The notes beneath the pieces were generated by a model, which saw only the letters and a list, made by a program, of their open reading frames with translations, had not been told where the DNA came from and made no database searches. Shown here piece by piece: positions 10,285-20,549 of a stretch of 64,000 nt of DNA. Position numbers and translations under genes: made by a program. The stretch comes from an uncultured Spirochaetota bacterium. Lineage in GTDB: Bacteria > Spirochaetota > Spirochaetia > SZUA-6 > Fen-1364. Location of the stretch: the NCBI GenBank assembly GCA_963781885.1, contig CAWAHW010000001.1:160001-224000 (forward strand). Reading direction: 5' to 3'. Position 1 is the first letter of the stretch. Each line of letters starts with the position of its first letter.

Positions 10285-11531
10285 GCACGGCCCCCGTCCT
10301 GCGCAGCCTCGATCTCCTCGAAGAATCGGATGCAGGTGAGGAGCGCGCGCGGAATGTGGAAGCAACCCTTCCACTTCCCCCCCTTCTGCGTTGTCGACGG
10401 GTCCCCTTCCCGGTGGAGGTAGCCGAACCACTCGCCGTCGGCAGGGTCGTCGAAGCGCGCCCAGACGTAGTCGTCCACGCGGCGGAACCATTCCCAGAAT
10501 ACGGCGCGGCCGGTGATCTTGTAGGCGAGCAGGAACGCGCAGAGCGCTTCCGCGTGGACCCACCAGAGCTTCATGTCCCATTCGAGCTTTTCCGGCGGTC
10601 GGCCGTCCGCATCGAGATAGTAGAAAAGCCCTCCGAACGCCGCATCCCAGCCGCGCTCCGCCGTCCACAGCATTGCCTCGGTGACAAGGTCGACGATCGC
10701 ACGACGATCGACGGACCGGGAATCACGCTCATCGATGGGCCACGATTCCACCGCGCGCAGGACGAACCAGAGAACCTCCAGCGCGTGCCCGGGGGTGAGG
10801 AGCCGGCCCTCCATGCAGTCGGGGTGGCTGCCATCGGCGTACACGCGCTCGTAGACCGCGCGGCGCTCCCGGTCGATATGCAGCCTTGTCACCTGGTCTA
10901 TCGCTTCGCGCAGGTAACCTTCGCGCACGGCCGGCTCCACAAGATCGCCCATCTCCTGGGCAAGCCACACCTGGATCATGGGAAATGCCATGGCCATGAT
11001 CGGACGGTGGGCGGCGATCTGCTTCGTGAATCGCCCCTTGGGATTGGCTTTCCGTTCCTGGATGCGCCGATAGGTCGCCGCCGCGATCTCCCGGGCCTCC
11101 TCGTCTCCCGCCGCACGCGAGTATTCGGCCATGCCCGCCGCGGCGAAGCAGTCGGAGAAGATGTTGTACGCCTCCACCAGGGGCCGACCCGTGCGGTCCA
11201 ACGCGAAGTACCAGTCGCCCTCGGTGTTGCGGCCGTGCGCCTTCATGAACTCCACGCCCGCGCGCGCGTACTCCCGCCACGACGGCTCCGCGCGGTAGCC
11301 GGTGAAAAGCTTGGAAAACATCCAGACCCCGCGCCCCTGCAGCCACATGAACTTGTCCGTGTCGAAGATCGCTCCATCGCGCTCGAGGCAGCAGAAATAG
11401 CCTCCGTGCGCGCGATCGACCGAATGTCGCAGCCAGAACGGGAGAATGCTCTCCTCCAGGGAGCGGCGGTAGCGCTCTTTCAGGCGCGCCACCTCCGCGC
11501 GCATCGTCAATCGATCGAGGGAATCGTGCAT
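10281..11531 (-). CDS. N-acylglucosamine 2-epimerase (AGE family)
   Basis: DKFMWLQGRGVW, YNIFSDCF, PGHALE, KLWWVHAE, KGGKWKGCFHIPR. Confidence 0.9.
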   Translation of the reverse strand: MHDSLDRLTMRAEVARLKERYRRSLEESILPFWLRHSVDRAHGGYFCCLERDGAIFDTDKFMWLQGRGVWMFSKLFTGYRAEPSWREYARAGVEFMKAHGRNTEGDWYFALDRTGRPLVEAYNIFSDCFAAAGMAEYSRAAGDEEAREIAAATYRRIQERKANPKGRFTKQIAAHRPIMAMAFPMIQVWLAQEMGDLVEPAVREGYLREAIDQVTRLHIDRERRAVYERVYADGSHPDCMEGRLLTPGHALEVLWFVLRAVESWPIDERDSRSVDRRAIVDLVTEAMLWTAERGWDAAFGGLFYYLDADGRPPEKLEWDMKLWWVHAEALCAFLLAYKITGRAVFWEWFRRVDDYVWARFDDPADGEWFGYLHREGDPSTTQKGGKWKGCFHIPRALLTCIRFFEEIEAAQDGGRA

Positions 11532-11548
11532 GGGGATTGCGCCTCCGT

Positions 11549-12403
11549 CTATTTGATCGCCCCTGCCGTCAATCCCCGGATGAACCAGCGGGACATGAAA
11601 AGGTAGAGAACGAGCATGGGGATGATGGCGATGGAGAGCCCCGTGAAGAGCAGGCTCCAGTCGGTGGAGAACTGCCCGAAGAACGTGGTCAGGCCCACCG
11701 GGAGCGTCTTCAACCCGTTGCTCTGGAGGAACACGAGCGGGAAGAAAAAGTCGTTCCAGAGCGGCACCGCGTTGTAGATCGTCACGAGCGCGATGGCGGG
11801 CGTCGTGACGGGCATGACGATGCGCCGGTAGATGCCCCAGTCGTTGCAGCCGTCGATGCGCGCGGCGTGCTCCAGCTCCAGGGGTATCGAGCGCATGAAG
11901 CCCGACAGGATGAACACGGTCGACGGCAGGCCCATGGCAAGAAAGATCAGGACGATCGCCGCCCGGGTGTTCATCAGGCCCAGGCCCTTGATGAGCATGA
12001 AGAGCGGGATGATCGCCGCCTTCAGGGGCAGCATGATGCCGCTGAGGAAGAGCATGAAGATGAAGGTGCGCAGCTTGTAGCGGTAGCGGCCGACGCCGTA
12101 GGCCGCCATCGATCCCAGCAGGAGAACGAAGGCCATGGAGATCAGCGTGACGATGAGGCTGTTGGCGAAGTAGCGGCTGAAGCCCCTGTCGATCCAGACG
12201 ACCCTGTAGTTGGAGAGCACGATGTGGATGGGAAGCGCAAAGGGGTGCTGGAAGATTTCCCGCGTCGTCTTGAACGACGAGACGATCATGTTGAAAAGCG
12301 GGTAGAAGATGAGCAGGGCATAGAGGGCCATGAGGAGCTGGGCGGCGGAGAGGACGATCGCCCGCCCGGGGCCCGCGCCGCGGAACCGCAGGTCGGTGGT
12401 CAC
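11549..12403 (-). CDS. Carbohydrate ABC permease
   Basis: EHAARIDG, WNDFFFPLV, GLTAGAIK. Confidence 0.9.
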   Translation of the reverse strand: MTTDLRFRGAGPGRAIVLSAAQLLMALYALLIFYPLFNMIVSSFKTTREIFQHPFALPIHIVLSNYRVVWIDRGFSRYFANSLIVTLISMAFVLLLGSMAAYGVGRYRYKLRTFIFMLFLSGIMLPLKAAIIPLFMLIKGLGLMNTRAAIVLIFLAMGLPSTVFILSGFMRSIPLELEHAARIDGCNDWGIYRRIVMPVTTPAIALVTIYNAVPLWNDFFFPLVFLQSNGLKTLPVGLTTFFGQFSTDWSLLFTGLSIAIIPMLVLYLFMSRWFIRGLTAGAIK

Positions 12404-13314
12404 AGCTCAACCTCGCGCGATCGGGTGGCGGCGATCGATCCGATGGAGGCGACGAAGGTGAGCAGGTAGATGACCACGCCGATCGCGCTCCCGATGCCGA
12501 TCTGGGGATTTCCCGAATCCACGGAGCCGAACGCCGTGCGATAGAAAAGGGTGCCAATCGTGTCCGTGGAATAGTTGGGCGGGCCGTCGAGCCCGGTCAT
12601 GGTGTAGACCTGCTCGAAGACGTTGAGGCTCCCGATGATCGTGAGCACGGTGATGACGGCGATCGCCGGGATGATCAGGGGAAAGACGATCTTCCAGAAG
12701 GTTGTCCATTCCCGCGCGCCATCGAGATGCGCCGCCTCCAGACATTCGCCCGGCAGGCCGTCGATGGCCGCCAGAAAGACCAGTGACGGGAAACCCACCC
12801 AGCGCCAGATATTGACGACGATGACGGAGAAGGTGGCGATCTTCTCCTCACCCAGCCACGCGTGGGTCCAGCCCGTGAGCCCGACCAGCTTCAGGAATGC
12901 GTTGACGAGGCCGTTCGGCTTCAGGTACAGCCCCCACAGGAAGCCCACGGCAACGATGGAAAAAAGCACCGGGATGAAAAAGATCCGCTTGTAGAATCCG
13001 CTCCCGGCGACCCTGCGGCTGAGAAGGTAGCCGAAGAGCAGGCCGATGCTGTTCTGCACGAGCATCGTGACGAGGAACCACTTGAGGTTGTTGCCCAGGG
13101 CGCCGAAAAATCGCGTCCGGTAGGGATCGGCAAGAAGGATCTTGCGGAAGTTGTCCAGCCCGACGAAGCCGCCCCGGATGAGCTGCTGCCAGTCGAAGAG
13201 GCTGTTGAAGAGCGAGACAAAGAGGGGCAGGAGGATGAAGACGCCCACGACGGCGAGCCCCGGAAGCACAAAGAGGGTGATCCACAATCCCTTGCGGACG
13301 TCGGCTCTCGTCAT
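12400..13314 (-). CDS. Carbohydrate ABC permease
   Basis: EAAHLDGA and TM helices. ATG at 13314 follows AAGGGAGG. Confidence 0.9.
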   Translation of the reverse strand: MTRADVRKGLWITLFVLPGLAVVGVFILLPLFVSLFNSLFDWQQLIRGGFVGLDNFRKILLADPYRTRFFGALGNNLKWFLVTMLVQNSIGLLFGYLLSRRVAGSGFYKRIFFIPVLFSIVAVGFLWGLYLKPNGLVNAFLKLVGLTGWTHAWLGEEKIATFSVIVVNIWRWVGFPSLVFLAAIDGLPGECLEAAHLDGAREWTTFWKIVFPLIIPAIAVITVLTIIGSLNVFEQVYTMTGLDGPPNYSTDTIGTLFYRTAFGSVDSGNPQIGIGSAIGVVIYLLTFVASIGSIAATRSREVEL

Positions 13315-13342
13315 GGATGCCCTCCCTTCTGCGGAAAATGAA

Positions 13343-13371
13343 CGGGGCGGCGCGCCACGGCCGCCGCCCCG
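13343..13371 (-). terminator. GC-rich stem-loop after the binding-protein gene (partial terminator or mRNA stabiliser)
   Basis: CGGGGCGGCG/CGCCGCCCCG 10-bp stem, followed on the minus strand by TTCATTTT. Confidence 0.55.
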
Positions 13372-13387
13372 CGGATTGCCGGGCAGG

Positions 13388-14632
13388 CTACTTCTTGAAG
13401 GGAGCGTAGTACGTTGCGATCCCGTCCTGGATCTGCTTCGCGACGTCCGCCGGCGTGAGCGTTCCGGCAAACATGCCCTGAAGCGCCGCCTGCGCGAGCG
13501 TGGATCCGGTGGGCTGCTGGTAGCGGAAGCCCACGAGGAAGACGTACGGGGTCTCGTATTTCTGGAAGGAGAGCACCTTCGAGATGAAGGGATCCGCGGT
13601 GGTATCGACGCCCGGCACCACGGAGACCTGCTTGAGGCTCTTGATGAAGAAGTCGCCCGTCGCCTTGCTCGCGAAGTAACGCAGCAGCTTTGCGGCAGCG
13701 GCCTTGTTCTTCGATGCCGCGTTCATGCTGAAGTTCCCGTCGGCATACGTGGAAACGTACTGCGGGTCGCCCGCCTTTGCCGCGGGTCCGGGGAACACGT
13801 CGAGCTGCAGGTCGGGGTTCTGGGAGAGGAAATAGCCCGCCTCGAAGGAGCCGCCGATGAAGTGGCCGGCCTGCTCATTGATGAAGGAGGTCTGCATGTC
13901 GGTGTAGCTCACGCCCATGTAGAGATTCGGCAGGTAGGGAATGAGGTCTTTGAGCTTGCCGATCGCGTTCACGAAACGGGCATCCTGGAAGTTCGTCTGT
14001 CCCTTCACCACGGCGTTGAAGTAGTCATTGGCGCCGTAGAAATTGGGGCAGAGCGCTCCCAGCATGACCTCGAGGGTCCACCCATCCTTGGCGCCGTTGG
14101 CCAGGGGCTGGATGCCCGCCTTCTTCATCGCGTCGAGATTGGAGAGGAACTGGGCCCAGGTGGCAGGCGGCTTCAGTCCCAGCTTCGCGTACATCTTCTT
14201 GTTGTAGTAGACGAAAAGGGTCTGGCTGGCGAAAGGCACGCCGTATATCTTGCCGTCCTTGATCGACGTGGCTCCGCGCAGTGGCGCCGAGGCGAACCCC
14301 TTGAGCTCGGGCACCCACTGTTCCAGCGGCTCCAGGTAGCCGGACTGCGCGAATGTCTCCAGCCCGCCGTAGGCGCGGCTCTGGAACACATCCGGTCCCG
14401 CGCCGCCGCTCAGCGCCGCGGAGAGGATCGTGTTGTATTCCGTGTTCTTCTGCGCGGTCTGGACAACCTGGATGTCGGGGTTCAGCTTCTGGAAATCCGC
14501 CAGGAGCTGGTTGTACTTGTCCACGTCCTCGGGCCGCCAGGTCCAGTACTGGAGGGTCGTCTTCTGGCCGAAGGCGAGACCCGCGATACCAAGAATGAGC
14601 AAAGACGCGAGGAAAATCTTCCGTCCGTTCAT
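13388..14632 (-). CDS. Carbohydrate ABC substrate-binding protein
   Basis: Signal peptide, GPDVF, YGVPF...YYNKKMY. SD AGGAGG. Confidence 0.9.
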   Translation of the reverse strand: MNGRKIFLASLLILGIAGLAFGQKTTLQYWTWRPEDVDKYNQLLADFQKLNPDIQVVQTAQKNTEYNTILSAALSGGAGPDVFQSRAYGGLETFAQSGYLEPLEQWVPELKGFASAPLRGATSIKDGKIYGVPFASQTLFVYYNKKMYAKLGLKPPATWAQFLSNLDAMKKAGIQPLANGAKDGWTLEVMLGALCPNFYGANDYFNAVVKGQTNFQDARFVNAIGKLKDLIPYLPNLYMGVSYTDMQTSFINEQAGHFIGGSFEAGYFLSQNPDLQLDVFPGPAAKAGDPQYVSTYADGNFSMNAASKNKAAAAKLLRYFASKATGDFFIKSLKQVSVVPGVDTTADPFISKVLSFQKYETPYVFLVGFRYQQPTGSTLAQAALQGMFAGTLTPADVAKQIQDGIATYYAPFKK

Positions 14633-14736
14633 GGCTTCCTCCTGAGGCTTCCAGAGTGGCGTCGCCCTCCGAAGATGTCAAGTTGGACCGCCTCCGCCTC
14701 CTTCACGCGACGCGCGTTCTTCCGTATAGTGCCCCT

Positions 14737-15932
14737 GTGTCCTCCTCGGAAGAGCCCGATTCATTCATAATCGAAGGTGGCGAGGTCGTTCTCCCCGATC
14801 GCGTGATCAGGAACGGGGTCCTTCTTGCAAAGGGCGCAAAGATCCTCCACGCCGGACTGGCGCAGAAGCTGCCCCTTCCCCTTCCCGCCGGCTGTCGGCG
14901 CATCGATGCGCAGGGGGCGATCGTGTGTCCGGCGCTTTGGGAGCAGCACATACACGGCTGCGGCGGGATCAGCACGGAGGGGATGAGCCCCCGGTCGCTG
15001 AAAGAGATGGCGCGCTTTCTCGCCCGGCGCGGCGTCGGCGCCTTCCTTCCCACAACCGTCCCGCTCGAGGAATCCCTCTCGCTGTTGGGGGAGGCGATGG
15101 AGGCCACGGCGGGCGATCCCGACATCGCCGGGAGGATCCCGGCATCTCCGTGGAGGGTCCATTCGTCGCCCCGTCGCGTCGCGGGGCCATACCGGAAGGC
15201 CTCCTGCGGCAGCCGTCGCCCGCCTACCTTCAGCGTATGATCGCCCTTTGCCGGGGACACATGAAAATGCTCACCTTTGCACCCGAGCTGCCGAACGCGC
15301 GGGCGCTGCTGGACCCGCTCCGTGCTTCCGGCATCATCCCCTTCCTCGGGCATTCGGGAGCCGCGTTCACCGATCTGGCGGGCTACGAATCCATTTCCCC
15401 CCTGGGCGTCACGCATCTGTGGAACGGAATGAGCGGCGTGTCCCACAAGGAGCCGGGGCTCGCGCTCTGGGCCCTGCTGGACCGTCACGCCTTCACGGAG
15501 ATCAACTGCGACGGCACGCACGTCGACGATGCCGCGGTACAGCTCGTGCTTCGCACCCGTCCCGGGGAGAAGCTCATCGTCATCTCCGACGCCATAGCGC
15601 CGGCGGGCCTGGCGCCGGGCGGCGCGCCGTCCTTCCTGTATGGCAGGCGCCTGGTCGAGAAGGGCAGCGGCCTGTACGACGAAGACTCCGGTACGCTTGT
15701 CGGGTCGCGATCCCTGGTCCCGGACTGCCTCGTGCGGCTGGTGCACGATCTGAACGTGCCGCTTGCATCCGCGGTGAGCATGGCAACCTTGAATCCTGCC
15801 CGTCTCCTGGGCTACCCCTGCAAGGGCGCCTTGCTTCCCGGCTACGATGCCGACGTGGCCATCCTGAGCCGGGATTTCGCCCATTGCTCCTTCATGAGCT
15901 GGGAGGGGAGGCCTCTCTTCGAAGAGCCGTAG
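14737..15932 (+). CDS. nagA: N-acetylglucosamine-6-phosphate deacetylase; frameshift at ~15140; start uncertain (14656 or 14737)
   Basis: HIHGCGG, FLPT, EGPF, FAPEL, GHS, THLWNGM, DGTHV, ISDA, ATLNPA. Confidence 0.85.
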
Positions 15933-15935
15933 TGG

Positions 15936-17336
15936 TTACGGGACCGCCCGGTAGGTGCCGTCCGTCAGGTTGATGTCGATATTGTTGTCCGCGTGCGGCG
16001 GCTCGCCCTTCCACATCCCCTCGATCACGTCCTTCTTCATCGCGATCGCAAGCGATCCCATGAGGCTCAGGTTCTTCGTGGGATACATCTGCGTGCCCGT
16101 GAAATGCGCGTCCCCGGCGTAGTGCGCGAGCCCCGCCTCGGTGAGAGGCTCGGCGATGGTGTCCGCCTCCGCGCGGGAGATGCCGTAGCCCATGAGCACG
16201 CTTTCGATGTACGGGAACATTCCCTTGCGCGAATAGTCGCGCGCAAAGGCGGGGAAGCCCTCCGGCATCTCGGGAAGCGATTCAATGTGGAAGCTGCGCA
16301 CCTGCATGAGCTGGTCGGCGCCGATCTGCACGAGCCGGTACGGGCAGGGATAGGTGACGAGCGACCCGGTCTCGATGTCGTAGAGGAAACGGGGGCTCGG
16401 GGGCTCGCTCTTCGCGTCGCGGGCATCCCACCACGCACCGGCGATGTTCTGGGCGTGGAAGTGACCGGTGAAGACCGCGCGCACGCCGTCGTCCGCGAGC
16501 ATCAGGGAAAACGCGTCGTTGTCCTGCACGACGTACGCCGCGAACTGCTTCTTCTGCCCCGGGAAATGCTCCACCACCCCGTGGTGCATCATCACGATGA
16601 CGGCCTTGTTCTCCGCGCGGGCCCGCGCGAGGATCTCCTTCGCCCAGGCGAGCCTCTCCGGGGTGAACGATCCAGCGGTATGCTCGTGCTTCTCCTTTGC
16701 GCTGAGGTCGTAGCGGCAGGCATCCAGCGCCAGAAGCCACAGCCCGGGCGCGGGTTCCACGACGTAGGCAAGGGAGTTGGGGTCGCGCGCGATCGCCGCG
16801 TCGTAGCCGAAGTCGCGGTAGATCTCGGCAAAGCGCGCGGGGGTCACGTTGGGAATGCGGGAGGTCGTGTCCCCGTCGTACCGCACGGACTCGGGGTTGT
16901 TCACGTCGTGATTGCCCGGGATCACGAAGACGGGGATGCCGGCGGCCTTTATCCTTTCCAGCGCCGCGGCAACCGCGAGATGGACAGCCTCTTCCCCGTC
17001 CTTGCTGAGATCCCCGGGGACGAGCACGAAATGGGGCTTCGCCTCGATGATCTTGTCGATCACCGTATTCAGCAGGCTCACGCTGTGCTCGAAAATCTTC
17101 CTGTCGTCGAACTTGATCTTCTCAAAGGCGGGCTGCCCGATGCCCAGCTCGGGCAGGAAGATGTGCGGGTCGGAGAAGACGGCGAAGCTCGTCTCGGGAT
17201 AGGCGGGGAAAGGGCCTGTCGCTTTCTCCGCGCGGAAGCTCATGCTCGAGCATCCGGCGATAAGGAGCACTGCGAGTATCGCGAGGATCGCGGCGCGCAG
17301 CGCGATTGCGTGACGTCTGGTTGTCGCTGTCTTCAT
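15936..17336 (-). CDS. Calcineurin-like metallophosphoesterase lipoprotein
   Basis: Lipobox IAGC. Motifs DPH, GDLS, GNHD, MHH, GHFH. Confidence 0.85.
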   Translation of the reverse strand: MKTATTRRHAIALRAAILAILAVLLIAGCSSMSFRAEKATGPFPAYPETSFAVFSDPHIFLPELGIGQPAFEKIKFDDRKIFEHSVSLLNTVIDKIIEAKPHFVLVPGDLSKDGEEAVHLAVAAALERIKAAGIPVFVIPGNHDVNNPESVRYDGDTTSRIPNVTPARFAEIYRDFGYDAAIARDPNSLAYVVEPAPGLWLLALDACRYDLSAKEKHEHTAGSFTPERLAWAKEILARARAENKAVIVMMHHGVVEHFPGQKKQFAAYVVQDNDAFSLMLADDGVRAVFTGHFHAQNIAGAWWDARDAKSEPPSPRFLYDIETGSLVTYPCPYRLVQIGADQLMQVRSFHIESLPEMPEGFPAFARDYSRKGMFPYIESVLMGYGISRAEADTIAEPLTEAGLAHYAGDAHFTGTQMYPTKNLSLMGSLAIAMKKDVIEGMWKGEPPHADNNIDINLTDGTYRAVP

Positions 17337-17446
17337 GGGCTTTCCTTTTTCCAGGATGCGCCGAGAGTAGCAGGATGTACGTGATCGCGCAACAGCGCTG
17401 CGCGGACCCCGGCAGTTCTCCTTTTGGGCCTTAGCATGAAAACTTC

Positions 17447-17501
17447 TTGACATTTGGGAATCCATCGCCTAATAATCGTTATTGTAAGACAATCTTACAA
17501 T
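17447..17501 (+). promoter_or_regulatory. Sigma70 promoter with a palindromic GntR-type operator
   Basis: TTGACA at 17447-17452, TAATAAT at 17470-17476, ATTGTAAGA-CAA-TCTTACAAT at 17481-17501. Confidence 0.7.
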
Positions 17502-17563
17502 TCATGAAGTGCCGTCCAAAGTTTCATGGGCTCTAGTGGCGGGTATGATCGAGGGGTGGAGTC

Positions 17564-19195
17564 ATGAAACCTGTTACACGAAAAACCCTGGCATCTCTCA
17601 TCGCGGAGCAGATCAGGGCCGAAATCGTCCGGGGGAATCTCAAGGCTGCTCAACGCCTTCCCAGCGAGGCGGAGCTGAGCGCGGAGTTCAATGTCGGCCG
17701 GCCCACACTGCGGGAGGCCCTTCGCATCCTCGAGGGCCAGGGATGGGTCCAGATCAAATTCTCCACCGGTGTTTTCGTTTCCGATCCCGAGAATCTCGCG
17801 GACCGCATGTCCTCGTACTACGGCAAGGAAGGAATACGGGACCTCCTGGATTCCGAGCTCGCCCAGCTCCAGCACGAGGGCAGGGAGGTGCCTGCCTCCG
17901 CCAGAACCGATCTTCTCCACCTGCAGGAGGACGGAAAGCTGCGGGAGATCGAAGAGCTGGTGGAGAAACTGCAGAAGCTCCCGGCATCGTCCAGCTTCTC
18001 CTACGTGGAGCCGACGACGCTCGCCGACATACGATCCGCCCGACAGGCCGCCGCGGAAGCGCCGGACAAGCGTGACAGGGTGGCCGATCTGAGGGATCGC
18101 ATCCACGGCGGCCTGCTGGGCCGCTGCATCGGCAGCCTCCTTGGCACGCCGGTCAATGGGTGGACCGCGAACGCCATCGAGCAGTATCTGCGCGCGATCG
18201 ATCGCTACCCCCTGACGGGTCTCATGCCCTACGCCCCGAACGAGGTGGCGCGCGGCCAGTATTCATTCCTCGGAGCCGAAGCGCAGTCCGCGCCCGTGCC
18301 CCCGCGGGGCCTCCTGCGCGGGGTCGAGCCGGAGTTCGCCATCCTCAACGACACGATCATCAGCCTCAAGGTGATGCAGCTCCACGGGTGGGATTTTTCT
18401 TCCGAGGACGTCGGCGAGGAGTGGCTTTCTTCCCTTCCCTACCGGACGACGCTCACCGCGGAAAGACAGGCGTACGGAAACCTCGTGCGGGGCCTCTCCC
18501 CGCCGGCCACCGCCACGATCCTCAATCCCTTCCGCGAATGGATCGGCGGCACCGTGCGCGCCGACCTCTACGGCTACGTCTGCCCGGGCGACCCTGCGCT
18601 GGCGGCGATGCTTGCCTTCCGCGACGCAACCGTTTCCCATACGAAGAACGGCGTCTACGGCGCCATGTTCGTGGCCGCTGCCATCGCCGCGGCGTTTGTC
18701 GCACAAAGCGCGGAGGAGATCGTCACGGCGGGCATGGGCCAGATCCCGCAGCGCTCCCGGTTGTGGGAGCTTCTGTCCCAGGTCGTGCAGTGGTGGAAGG
18801 ACGGAACGGAGTGGCAGGTTTCCGTGGCGCGCATCGAGGAGCGCTGCGCGGACTACCGGCGGCCGCACGTGCTGCCCAACGCGGCAAGAATCGCCGTCGG
18901 CGTCCTGCACGGGGGCCTGGACGTCCGCGCGACGATCTGCACGACCGTCATGTGCGGGAACGACCCGGACTGCAATGCCGGCGCTGCGGGCTCCATCATC
19001 GGCGTGCACGCGGGCGCCCGCGGCATTCCCGACGATTTCCGGCACGCCGTCGGTGACCGGCTCCCGAGCGCCGTGCTCGGCTTTCACGAGACGAAAATCA
19101 GCCTGGTGGCGGAAATGGCGGAAAAGATCGCGGCCTCCCGTCCGGGCGAGGGACGCGAGACGGTCAAGCCGGCGCGCGATGCGAAACGGATCTGA
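17564..19195 (+). CDS. GntR winged-HTH fused to an ADP-ribosylglycohydrolase-fold domain
   Basis: LPSEAELSAEFNVGRPTLREAL, then GLLGRCIG...NPFREWIG..RADLYG..DATVSHTKNGVYG..DPDCNAGAAGS. Confidence 0.85.
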   Translation: MKPVTRKTLASLIAEQIRAEIVRGNLKAAQRLPSEAELSAEFNVGRPTLREALRILEGQGWVQIKFSTGVFVSDPENLADRMSSYYGKEGIRDLLDSELAQLQHEGREVPASARTDLLHLQEDGKLREIEELVEKLQKLPASSSFSYVEPTTLADIRSARQAAAEAPDKRDRVADLRDRIHGGLLGRCIGSLLGTPVNGWTANAIEQYLRAIDRYPLTGLMPYAPNEVARGQYSFLGAEAQSAPVPPRGLLRGVEPEFAILNDTIISLKVMQLHGWDFSSEDVGEEWLSSLPYRTTLTAERQAYGNLVRGLSPPATATILNPFREWIGGTVRADLYGYVCPGDPALAAMLAFRDATVSHTKNGVYGAMFVAAAIAAAFVAQSAEEIVTAGMGQIPQRSRLWELLSQVVQWWKDGTEWQVSVARIEERCADYRRPHVLPNAARIAVGVLHGGLDVRATICTTVMCGNDPDCNAGAAGSIIGVHAGARGIPDDFRHAVGDRLPSAVLGFHETKISLVAEMAEKIAASRPGEGRETVKPARDAKRI

Positions 19196-19254
19196 AGCAA
19201 TGGAATGCACATCATCGGTGCGGGGATGAACCCCGCCGGAAGAAGGAGGAAGAG

Positions 19255-20541
19255 ATGTCCGAAACAGTGAATGTCCGGGGCAGACAGGACAGGGGGGCTC
19301 CCCAGATCCTGCCTGCCCGTGCGCAATCCGACCTGATCACGGAGCTGGTGAGAAACCGACTCGATACGGTTCTTCCCGTTGCCATGAAGGAGGCGGGGCT
19401 CGACATGTGGATCATCCTCAGCCAGGAGGACGACCTGGACCCCCTCTACAAGACGATGGTTCCGATGGACTGCTGGAACCCGATCCTCCAGATGCTCGTC
19501 TTCGTCGACGAGGGCAACGGAAAGATCAGCCGGTACAGCATCTCGGGGACCGATACGAAGGACCTCTACGAGCGTCCCTACATCGGACAGCTGGAGGAGA
19601 AGCAGTGGCCGGTGCTCCTCGACCTGGTAAACAAGCGGGACCCGAAGACCATCGGGGTGAATATCGGATCGGTGGCATGGGCGGCCGGCGGGCTCACGCA
19701 CTTCCTCTACAAGCAGCTTGAGGAAAAGCTCCCACAGAAGTACGCGAAACGCCTGGTCTCCGCGGAGAAAGCCGCCGTGCGCTGGGGTGCCTGCCTCACG
19801 GATCGGGAGATCGATCTTTTCCGGCACGTCGTGGAGATCGCCCACGGCATCATCGCCGACAGCTTCAGCCGGATGACGATCACCCCCGGGGTGACCACCG
19901 TGGACGACCTGGTGTGGTTCTACTGGCAGCGCTCCATCGATCTGGGCCTCGAGCTCTCCTTCCGGCCCTATTTCCGTCTCATTCGAAGCGACGCCGCCAT
20001 CCAGCTCCATGGCGCCAATGACAAGGTCATCAGGCCCGGGGACGCCATTCACAGCGACGTGGGCATCAAGTACCTTCGGATGAACTCGGACAACCAGCAC
20101 ATCGCTTACGTTCCCCGGAGGGGCGAGACGGATGCCCCTGCCGGGCTCAAGGCGCTCATGGCGCAGACCAACAGGCTGCAAGACATCTTCATGAGCGAGT
20201 TCAAGGTGGGCATCTCGGGCAATCAGCTTCTGCAGAACATCCTGAATCGGGCTCGGCGCGAAGGGATCGGCATGCCCCGGGTCTACTCCCACTCACTCGG
20301 GCTCTTCCTCCACCAGCCGGGACCCCTCATCGGCCTGCCGTGGGAACAGGAGAAGCCCCTGGCCCGTGGCGAGGTCCTGATGCAGCACAACTATGCATTC
20401 ACCATGGAGTTGAGCACGGATGGGCCGGTGCCGGAGTGGAACGGCCAGACCGTCAGATGCCCCATGGAGGAGCCGGTCGTGTTCACAAAGGAAGGCTGCA
20501 TGACGTTGAAGGGTCGGCAGACCGAGTTCTACTTGATATGA
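19255..20541 (+). CDS. M24-family (Xaa-Pro aminopeptidase-like) metallopeptidase
   Basis: PGVTT, and metal ligands in SDVG, SDNQH, HSLG..H, MEL and EE. SD AGGAGG. Confidence 0.8.
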   Translation: MSETVNVRGRQDRGAPQILPARAQSDLITELVRNRLDTVLPVAMKEAGLDMWIILSQEDDLDPLYKTMVPMDCWNPILQMLVFVDEGNGKISRYSISGTDTKDLYERPYIGQLEEKQWPVLLDLVNKRDPKTIGVNIGSVAWAAGGLTHFLYKQLEEKLPQKYAKRLVSAEKAAVRWGACLTDREIDLFRHVVEIAHGIIADSFSRMTITPGVTTVDDLVWFYWQRSIDLGLELSFRPYFRLIRSDAAIQLHGANDKVIRPGDAIHSDVGIKYLRMNSDNQHIAYVPRRGETDAPAGLKALMAQTNRLQDIFMSEFKVGISGNQLLQNILNRARREGIGMPRVYSHSLGLFLHQPGPLIGLPWEQEKPLARGEVLMQHNYAFTMELSTDGPVPEWNGQTVRCPMEEPVVFTKEGCMTLKGRQTEFYLI

Positions 20542-20549
20542 GCTTTTGC

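Noticed and set aside
10281-12557. 758-aa extended AGE ORF, and similar 5' extensions (613, 8530..10668, 56184)
   Set aside because: The extensions overlap real upstream genes in other frames and are high-GC readthrough.
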